Below the pieces are notes generated by a model. It did not search any database. It was given only the letters and a program-made list of their open reading frames with translations, and was not told the origin of the DNA. Below, piece by piece: positions 12,169 through 21,091 of a stretch of 64,000 nt of DNA (positions within the stretch are counted from its first letter, which is position 1; each line of letters starts with the position of its first letter). Source of the DNA: Antedon mediterranea (taxonomy: Eukaryota > Animalia > Echinodermata); contig NC_092672.1 in the NCBI RefSeq assembly GCF_964355755.1, positions 4,836,001-4,900,000 of the forward strand. Direction: 5' to 3'. A program made the position numbers and the translations under genes.

Positions 12169-13122
12169 TTAGAGACAGACTTCGGTTGTTGATTTTGAAG
12201 CTTTAGTAGTAAACTTGTTTAGAAGACGACGCAGAGCACATGAAAATTGCTGTAGACGACAAACATATATAAACGGATTCACCGCCGAGCTCATATAAAC
12301 AAGAACGTCTGCAATCAAATCATACCAATACAAGTCTGACGGTTGATATACCAAATATAGGACTGGTTTCATAGCGTAAGGCAAAAACGTAATACCGAAT
12401 GCTCCGATGACAAGGGCACTTGTTTTAGCTGCTTTGAATCTTTTACGAACAATCCTACGTGTGCTGACTGGAATACTGACAATTCTTTTTTCATGTTTTC
12501 TTGCTTCTAAAAAGATTCTGAAATATAATATGATCAATAAAATTGTATCAGTCAAAATCATCCATAAAGTAATGTAACGTTGAACATCAATAGCACGTTG
12601 GTCCATCTGGTAACAGAAGAAAATTCCCTCAATCTTTTCCATTGCCCAGAACAACTCCACGGTGCCATAAACACAACCTATAACCCATGACAAAGCAATA
12701 GAGAAGTATATTCTATTAAGATTTACAAGTTTATGATACTGTAGCGGTTTCATTATAGAAACGTAGCGATCTACGGTGATGCACAGAAGATGGCACACAG
12801 ATACTGAAATACAGATATTTGAAGGAATGTACTGTATCTGACATAAGTCAATGTTTTGTAGGTAGAGAGATCTCTGTAAGATACAAGCCCACATAAACAT
12901 TGGTACGGCGATAATTCCGGTGAGTAGGTCCACAAACGCTAAGCTTCCTAGTAAAACAAACTGTGGTTCGTCATAACTTCGAGTTTGTCGAATCAAAAAA
13001 AGAACAAGCGCGTTTCCAGAAATAATAACAAAATCCAATGGTATATACACTGTTAAAACAAAAATTAAATTATCTCTCATTTCTTCTGTCGTGATATTTC
13101 TGAGTGTAAAAAGTTCGTCCAT
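12169..13122 (-). CDS. intronless class A GPCR, OR-like (type D), 317 aa
   Basis: Complete 7TM ORF with family motifs. Confidence 0.93.
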   Translation of the reverse strand: MDELFTLRNITTEEMRDNLIFVLTVYIPLDFVIISGNALVLFLIRQTRSYDEPQFVLLGSLAFVDLLTGIIAVPMFMWACILQRSLYLQNIDLCQIQYIPSNICISVSVCHLLCITVDRYVSIMKPLQYHKLVNLNRIYFSIALSWVIGCVYGTVELFWAMEKIEGIFFCYQMDQRAIDVQRYITLWMILTDTILLIILYFRIFLEARKHEKRIVSIPVSTRRIVRKRFKAAKTSALVIGAFGITFLPYAMKPVLYLVYQPSDLYWYDLIADVLVYMSSAVNPFIYVCRLQQFSCALRRLLNKFTTKASKSTTEVCL

Positions 13123-13339
13123 TGTGTACAGGATGAAGAGTAATATTAATTAAAAATGATGGTATGAAATAATCAAATCATTTCCAGCAACAGGTATCAG
13201 TATTAAGTTACATTTATAGGTCATATCAATAATTCACTTCCTTATGGATCTACCAGATACAATATCTCAAGAAGGCTACAGTAGTTATCTAACCAACACC
13301 AAAGATTAATTTCTTCAACTTGTTTATCTTTTGTATCTT

Positions 13340-13373
13340 CAAGGAAGAGTTAAATTAATGTAACTCTTCCCTG
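13340..13373. mobile_element. 34-bp palindromic insertion with 7-bp TSD (probable P-superfamily excision footprint)
   Basis: GTATCTT | CAAGGAAGAGTTAAATT AATGTAACTCTTCCCTG | GTATCTT; paralogous site near 17018 has a single GTATCTT; duplicate at 34377-34410. Confidence 0.65.
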
Positions 13374-13771
13374 GTATCTTGTATACTTTTTAGACTTGTT
13401 AGCATAATTGTCATCAACATATATCTCTTTTCCAGTGCAAGTAATTCTCTGTTGTTATAGGATGAATAATGTTGAATCTTTGAAAACCCAATGTAGCTAT
13501 AACACCACCGAACCGGTATTCAATGTTAGGTTACTAGCAGAGAAGATAATCCGGTAGATTTTGAAACAACATTGCTTTTTAGTGGTCTTGATGATGACAA
13601 ACTACACAGGTTTTAACTCTAGTAAAATATGACTGGCAGTGGTAGGCCTACAGCGAGTGACTTTTTAGAACTGAAACGAATTAAATAGGCAGTTTGGATT
13701 ATTCTTTGATGTTGTCGATGATACAAATCCTTCTTTCATTCGTCCATGATAGGGCTTGAAAAAAGGTATGT

Positions 13772-14728
13772 CTACAGACAAATCTCGTTTTCTGGATTTT
13801 TAGCTGTGGCAGACGCTTTGTTAAAAAGACGACGCAGAGCAGATGAAAATTTCCGGAGACGACAAACATATATGAAAGGATTGACAGCTGAACTCATAGT
13901 GATTAGAACTTCAGCACTCAAAACATACAAGTACACGTCTGAGCGTTGGTATCCGAACGAGTATACGACTGGTCTCAGGGCATAGGGCAAGTACACAATA
14001 ATGAATGCTCCGATGACGATTGCACTCGTTTTTGCTGCTCTGTATCTTTTCCGAAAAACTCTCCGTGTACTGGCTGGAATACTGACTATGTTTTTCTCAT
14101 GTTTCCTTGCTTTTAAAACAATTCTGAAATACATTGTGCACAGTAAGATTATACCAATTGACCCCATAGCTAAGGTTATGTAACGTTGAACTTCAATAGC
14201 GAATCGATTCATCTGGTAGCAGAAGAAAATTCCATCAATTTTTTCCATTTCCCCGAACAATTGTATCACGCCGTAAAAACAACTTATAATCCATGAGATA
14301 GAAATACAGAAATAGATTCTACGGAGAGTTACAAGTTTATGATATTGTAGCGGTTTTATTATAGAAACGTAGCGATCCACGGTGATAAATATAAGGTGGA
14401 ACCAAGAGACAGAAGCACAGATCTTTGAAGGAATATACTGTAACTCGCATACATCAATGTCCTGTAGATAGAGAGATCTCCGTAAGATACAACCCCACGT
14501 ATATATTGGTACGGCGATAATTCCCGTGAGTAGATCCACAAACGCTAAGCTTCCAAATAAAATGAATTGCGGTTCGTCATAACTTCGAGTTTGCCGAATT
14601 ACAACAATAATAAGCGCGTTTCCAAAAATAACAACTATATCCAATGGTATATACACTGATAGAAAGAAAATCAAATTATCTCTCATTTCTTCTGTCGTAA
14701 TATTTCTGAGTGTAACAATTTCATCCAT
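13772..14728 (-). CDS. intronless class A GPCR, OR-like (type E), 318 aa
   Basis: Complete 7TM ORF with family motifs. Confidence 0.93.
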   Translation of the reverse strand: MDEIVTLRNITTEEMRDNLIFFLSVYIPLDIVVIFGNALIIVVIRQTRSYDEPQFILFGSLAFVDLLTGIIAVPIYTWGCILRRSLYLQDIDVCELQYIPSKICASVSWFHLIFITVDRYVSIIKPLQYHKLVTLRRIYFCISISWIISCFYGVIQLFGEMEKIDGIFFCYQMNRFAIEVQRYITLAMGSIGIILLCTMYFRIVLKARKHEKNIVSIPASTRRVFRKRYRAAKTSAIVIGAFIIVYLPYALRPVVYSFGYQRSDVYLYVLSAEVLITMSSAVNPFIYVCRLRKFSSALRRLFNKASATAKNPENEICL

Positions 14729-15937
14729 TATGTACAGAATTTAGAGTAATATTAATTAAAATTGATGGTATAAAGAGAGTCATTGCAATTCTAGGCCGTG
14801 TAATAATAATAATTCATTTCCTTACCAATACAGTAAACAAACACAAATATCAGAAGCTATAATCTGTATGTTTCATATTACAAAGTACCGTACTGTATCA
14901 GAATATTATATTGTTGACCAGCAGAAAAAAAATTAAGACAGGTTATCAACTAAACATTATCCGAAAGTTTACTGCAATTTGTACGATAGGAAGAAATGAG
15001 AGATCAACAGTTATATTATATTCCCCAACTTGTTTATATTTTTTATCTTGTACATTTCAACATAATTGTCATTATCATAATCTTTTCCAATGCGAGTAAT
15101 TATCTGTTGTTATAGGATGAATAAATGAATATTTGAAAAACCCATAAGGCCGTTAAACCGAACCGGTAATTGATGTCACTAGCAGAGAAGAAGATAAAGA
15201 CGAAAATACTCTTAGAAGATATATGGCAAACATCACGGGTTTCAATTCTAGTAAATATGTTAAACCCGGTATAGGATATGGTAGTCTAGTACAGTGCCTG
15301 ACTCGTTAGTATTGCTACACCATCATTTCCTGAAACATATATAAACGGATTTACTCATATTGCTCATATTGATTAGAAGAAACCAACAAAACACCAATGT
15401 TTGTCAGTCGTAATATTTTTGCTTGTAAAATGTTCATCCATTGAATGTAAAGTAATATATAAGATGGTATTGAGAGAACAACCCGTTTCCTGAAATATCA
15501 ATATCCCATCAGTAGAAGCCTAATACCAACTGAATGGATTTTTTTTCTACAGATTTTACTAAGAATTTACAATTACAGTAAAATACATCACAACCAAGTC
15601 GTCTGATTTCCGGCAAGTCTTCCAAGAAAATGTGGACAAACTTACATTTGTAGAGGATATAAGCTGAATGAGTACAAAGATTAATAAAATTATCAAAATG
15701 CATGTTGGATTTCTGTCCACAAAGTGTAGTAACCATCTGTAGGAGTATGCCTGGTGAAATGGCGGTTTCGTTCTTGGTATCCATTTTACGGTATAACCAG
15801 TTAATTCGCAAAAAGCCTGTTTGATTGACAGCAGTGATTTAGCATAGGTTAACATATTGGATTGTTCTTTAATGTTATCGCCAATACAAGCCGTTCTCTC
15901 ATTCATCCATGGTGGGGCCTGATACAAACTTACATGC

Positions 15938-16894
15938 CTATACTGACAAATATCGCTTACTGGATTTTTGGCTGTGGCAGACGTTTTGATAAAAAGACGA
16001 CGCAGAGTACATAGAAATTGTTGTAAACGACAAACATATGAACGGATTCACCGCAGAGCTCATATTGACTAGAATATCTCCAATCAGAACATACCAATAC
16101 ACGTCTGACCTTTGGTATCCTAAGGAGTGTACCACTGGTCTCAGTGTATATGGCAAGTACACAATAATGAATGCTCCGATGATGATAGCACTCGTTTTAG
16201 CTGCTCTGTATCTTTTACGAACAACCTTTCGTGTTCTTACTGGAATACTAAATATGCATTTCTCATGTTTCCTTGCTCCTAAAACAATTCTGAAATACAT
16301 TATCATCAATAAGATTGTACCAGTAGGCATCATTACTAAAGCTATATAACGTTGAACTTCAATAGCGCGTCGATCCATTTGATAGCAGAAGAAAATTCCA
16401 TCAATCCTTTTCATTTCCCCGAACAATTGTACCATGCCGTAAAAACAACCTATAATCCATGAGAATACAATGGAAAAGTAGATTCTACGGAGAGTTACAA
16501 GATTATAATATTGTAGCGGTTTCATTATAGAAACGTAGCGATCCACGGTGATTAATAGAAGATGCCAAGCAGAGATTGTGATAAACATTGTTGAAGGAAT
16601 ATACTGTAATTCACACTCGTAAAAATTCTGTAAAAAGAGCGATCTGCGTGAGATACAAGCAAACATAAACATTGGTACGGCAATAATTCCTGTGAGTAGG
16701 TCCACAAACGCTAAGCTTCCTAGTAAAACAAACTGTGGTTCGTCATAACTTCGAGTTTGTCGTATTACAAAAAGAACAAGTGCGTTTCCAACAACAATAA
16801 CTAAACCCAATGGTATGTACACTGCTAGAACAAACATCAAATTATTTCTCATTTCGTCAGTCGTGACATTTCTGCTTGTAAAAACTTCATCCAT
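15938..16894 (-). CDS. class A GPCR (type F) with frameshifted C-terminus
   Basis: TM1-TM7 intact; 2-bp loss in an AT run near 16035 (CAAACATATGAACGG vs CAAACATATATGAACGG at ~50104) turns NPFIYVCRL into NPFICLSFTT. Confidence 0.8.
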   Translation of the reverse strand: MDEVFTSRNVTTDEMRNNLMFVLAVYIPLGLVIVVGNALVLFVIRQTRSYDEPQFVLLGSLAFVDLLTGIIAVPMFMFACISRRSLFLQNFYECELQYIPSTMFITISAWHLLLITVDRYVSIMKPLQYYNLVTLRRIYFSIVFSWIIGCFYGMVQLFGEMKRIDGIFFCYQMDRRAIEVQRYIALVMMPTGTILLMIMYFRIVLGARKHEKCIFSIPVRTRKVVRKRYRAAKTSAIIIGAFIIVYLPYTLRPVVHSLGYQRSDVYWYVLIGDILVNMSSAVNPFICLSFTTISMYSASSFYQNVCHSQKSSKRYLSV

Positions 16895-17324
16895 TGTGTA
16901 TAGAATGTGAAGTACTTTAGTATTAATTAAATATTAAGAATGATAACATTAATTGGCTTCCTATTGCACCAACCGTTTCCTGTAGATAATTGATAAATTC
17001 AAAACGTACAATCTTTTGTATCTTGTACATTTTAACATATTTTAATTATCTTTTCCAATGCGAGTAATTCTCTGTTGTTATAGGATGAATAAATGAATAT
17101 TTGAAAAAAAAATAAGGCCGTTAAACCGAACCGGTAATTAATGTTACTAGCAGAGAAGAAGATAAAGAAGAAAATACACTCAGAAGATTGAGACAAACTG
17201 CACGGGTTTCAATTCTAGTAAAATATGTTAAACTCGGTATAGGATATGGTAGTCTAGTACAGTGCCTGACTCGTTGGTATTCCTACACCACCATTTTCTG
17301 AAACTGGAAAACCAAGAAAACACC

Positions 17325-17370
17325 AATGTTTGTCAGTCGTAATATTTTTGCTTGTAAAATATTCATCCAT
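17325..17370 (-). pseudogene. GPCR start-codon stub (MDEYFTSKNITTD)
   Basis: First ~13 codons plus upstream region of a 48635-type gene fused to unrelated DNA; copies at ~15400-15442, ~43875-43917 and ~46375-46419. Confidence 0.65.
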
Positions 17371-17532
17371 TGTGTATAGAATGTAAAGTAATATATTTTT
17401 TTCAAGATGGTATTGAGAGAACAATCCCTTTCCTGAAATATTAATATCCAATCAGTAGAAGCCTATACCAACTGAATGGATTTTTTTTCTACAGATTTTA
17501 CTAAGAATTTACAATTACAGTAAAATACATCA

Positions 17533-18669
17533 TATTAGAACAAAACATTTGGGGAAATAAATTTATAAGTTATAACAGCCTATCACTACTGTATAGAAAC
17601 TGGATAAGATCCGGTATTAGAAAAATAAAAGATATTGTTTTTGGTAATAGATTCATTAATTCGAATATGTTACTTGAAATTCTAATTTCAAAATCAAATT
17701 GGATAGCAGAATTTCACACATTACTACAAGCCATTCCACAAGAATGGAAAGACGTTATTAAGTCAAAAAATGAAAATACAATACAGGACAAAATTCAGTC
17801 TGCTACTAAATTATGTAAAATAACAAGTAAGCAAATGTATAACTGTTTTATTAGAACAAAAGGTATAGAACCAAAATGTCAAATAAAATGGCAGTTGTAT
17901 TTTAATACTACAATTGATTGGAAATTAACCTGGGAGCGTAAAATATAATTAATTAAGGAAAACAAGCTCAAACAAATTAACTTTAAGTTACTACATAGAA
18001 TTATGCCAACTAGAAAGAGGTTATGTATATGGAAAAATGTAAACATAAACAAATGTCCACAATGCGACTGTGTTGAAGATGATGCACATTTATTTTTTTA
18101 ATGTGCAGAGGCAAATCATTTGTGGCTTTACATAAATGAGCATACAATAACTAAATTCAATATCGAGGCAAATTTCAAAAATATAATACTTGGCACTGGA
18201 AATACATAATTATGTAGATCATGTGTTTTTAATTGGTTTGCTAAGCATATACAAAGCTAATGTATTAAAACAACTAAATAAATGGAAATATGCCTCACTT
18301 CATCATCTCTTTATAAATGAAAAAAATATAAGAATATACATATTATCAATGCTATAAACAACAATTATGTATGAAAATAATTAAACGTATTACTTACCTG
18401 AAAAATTGTATAAATAAAAAAATGAATGTTTTTTTGAAACAATATTCATAAGGTATAATATTATAAAGTTTACTTTAATGTATGTGCAATATTTATATAC
18501 AGTACTATAAAAAGATTATTTGTGTGCTGTCTTATATTAACAACTTCTTCTATGATATTATTTTATTATATTATATAATAATGAATTTTGTATATACATT
18601 ATTGAATGAATAAAGATTGAATGAATAAAGATGAGAGAGACCCATAAAAGATAAAAAAAAAAAAAAAAA
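17533..18669 (+). mobile_element. 5'-truncated L1/Tx1-like LINE (ORF2 C-terminus with zinc-finger region), poly(A), 30-bp TSD
   Basis: Degenerate ORF ...AIPQEWK...IDWKLTW...FKLLHRIMPT..RLCIW...CPQCDCVEDDAHLFF*C; poly(A) ~18653-18669; TSD AAGAATTTACAATTACAGTAAAATACATCA at 17503-17532 and 18670-18699. Confidence 0.88.
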
Positions 18670-19515
18670 AAGAATTTACAATTACAGTAAAATACATCAA
18701 AACCATATCGTCTGGTTTGCAGCAAGTCTTCCGAGAAAATGTGTACATAAAATTAATTACATTTGTAGAAGATAGAAGCTTAATGAGCCAAGAATACAAA
18801 CAAAGATTAATAAAGTTATAAAAATGCATGTTGGACTTCTGTTCACAAAGTGTAGTTAACATATATTAAACAGTAATATTATTATAAATCAAGATGGTAT
18901 TGAATCAACTTGTTATTATCTATAGTAAAACCAATCTTTTCCTCTAATTTAATACCATCCAATCATCAATGGCCTATTTTGACACGCAATCTGATTCCAT
19001 GTAGTATCAAACAATTCATTTCCTTAATATTATAAACACACCAACATTTTATTTGTACGGAATTTTCAGCTTTGTGGTGCATGACTTAACGTTTTCAAAA
19101 GATTAAGACATTTTGTTGGTTCACTTAAAATGGAAAATCATTTTGCTTTGGCATAATTAAGGCAATAAAACTACAGAAAAACATATCAAATTGCAAAAAT
19201 GATAGGTCAATGTTAAAATATTGTTAATAGACAGATGTTCGCCGAAGTTTGTCAACTGGTCTACACTAGTAACTTTGGCAAATTGTAATTACCAGAGTTT
19301 TCTCAAGTTTGCATATCATTAACTCCTGTCCTTAGCCTAATAATGGAACTTACTAGAATAGGCATGACAATTACCGAGCAGGCTACACATTATCCTAAAA
19401 CATTAATTACAGAACAGCGTAAGATTATCAACTTTTAAGCATGAAAATAAATAAAGAAAAATCTTGACACAAAAATGTCCAGCAATATGACCAGCATCGG
19501 TTTTTCGCTTTGAAA

Positions 19516-20430
19516 CTATAGTAGAAAATTAGTTAAAATACGACGCAGAGCACATGAAAATTGCTGTAGACGCCAAACATATATAAACGGATTTACTGCA
19601 GAGCTCATATTGACTAGAAGTTCTACAATCAGATCATACCAAAACAAGTCTGACGGTTGGTATACCAAATATAAGACCGGTTTCAGAGCACTAGGCAAAA
19701 ACGCAATAACGAATGCTCCGATGATGATAGCACTCGTTTTAGCTGCTTTGTATCTTTTCCGAACAATCTTACGTGTGCGGACTGGAATACTGACTATGTT
19801 TTTCTCATGTTTCCTTGCTTCTAAAACAATTCTGAAATACATTATCATCAATATCATTGTACCAGTAGACATCATTACTAAAGCTATATAACGTTGAACT
19901 TCAAAAGCGCGTCCATTCATCTCATAGCAGAAGAGAATGCCATCAATCTTCTTAATTCCTCCAAACAAGTTTACTATGCCGTAAAAACAACCCATAATCC
20001 ATGAGATAGCAATAGATAAATAGATTCTACGGAGAGTTATAATTTTATGATATTGTAGCGGTTTTATGATAAAAACGTAGCGATCCACGGTGATTAACAA
20101 AAGGTGGAACCAAGACACTGCAATAAAGGTTATTGTAGGAATATACTGCAACTCACATATACTGTCTGGGTAGTGAGATCCTTTTAATATACAAGCCCAC
20201 ATATACATTGGTACTGCGATAATTCCTGTGAGTAAATCCACAAACGCTAAGCTTCCCAGTAAAACAAACTGTGGTTCGTCATAACTTCGAGTTTGTCGAA
20301 ATACAAACAAAACAAGACTATTCCCAACAATAATAACTAAATCCAATGGTATGTACACTGATAGAACAAATATTAAATTATCTCTCATTTCGTCAGTCGT
20401 GACGTTTCTGTTTGTGAAAGTTTTGTCCAT
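19516..20430 (-). CDS. intronless class A GPCR, OR-like (type G), 304 aa
   Basis: Complete 7TM ORF; ATG of MDKTF at 20430 (the ORF track starts at a GTG at 20439). Confidence 0.92.
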   Translation of the reverse strand: MDKTFTNRNVTTDEMRDNLIFVLSVYIPLDLVIIVGNSLVLFVFRQTRSYDEPQFVLLGSLAFVDLLTGIIAVPMYMWACILKGSHYPDSICELQYIPTITFIAVSWFHLLLITVDRYVFIIKPLQYHKIITLRRIYLSIAISWIMGCFYGIVNLFGGIKKIDGILFCYEMNGRAFEVQRYIALVMMSTGTMILMIMYFRIVLEARKHEKNIVSIPVRTRKIVRKRYKAAKTSAIIIGAFVIAFLPSALKPVLYLVYQPSDLFWYDLIVELLVNMSSAVNPFIYVWRLQQFSCALRRILTNFLL

Positions 20431-20714
20431 TGTGTACAAAACGTGAAAGTAGGCCTAGTAACAATAATTAAAAGTGATAGTATGAAGTATGAAATATAAA
20501 ACGAACCATTTCCTGCAACAGGTATAATAATATCCAATCACTATAAGGGCAATGTACTACATTTCCGGGGCCGTATTAACAAATCATTTCCTTATAGATC
20601 TACAAAATATACAATAAAGTACACTAAACAAAAATACTGTATCTTTTTTTTTCTAGAAGTTACAATTGTTATATTGCATTGTTATCTTACAAAACAATCC
20701 CTGCATTGTTAAAG

Positions 20715-20862
20715 TTAACCGATAAAAGTTTCTGTGGAAACGGGGTTTAACTGATTCCGCTCGAGAAAAATTAACCGATAATTATCTCATTCAAATCAGA
20801 TAATTATCGGTTAATTTGTATCGGTTAATTATCGGTTAATTTTTGGCTGTGGAAACACGGCC
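20715..20862. mobile_element. left-truncated copy of the Harbinger-like MITE at the duplication junction
   Basis: Matches 161-272; intact right end GGAAACACGGCC+TTA; left TIR absent. Confidence 0.65.
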
Positions 20863-21091
20863 TTACAATGTAGATATATAATAGGCCAATACGGTACTAT
20901 GTTGCCTACCAATTTTATTTCATATCTACTATAGCACAGTATAATAGTATAGCACATTACCTTAAAATGTTAATCCTATTCTTTTATCGTAAGCATTACT
21001 ATTACATCTTTGCAATTATATTCGCAGAGAGTGCATTAGGTAGACGATAGTGCAATAAAAAGAGATCTGCGCATGTCTCTTGAAAACACTT

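Larger units (their letters stand above)
160..15330. repeat. segmental duplication, copy 1 (GPCR types A-B-B'-stub-C-D-E)
   Basis: Collinear near-identity of genes and intergenic DNA with 20715-37600. Confidence 0.85.
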
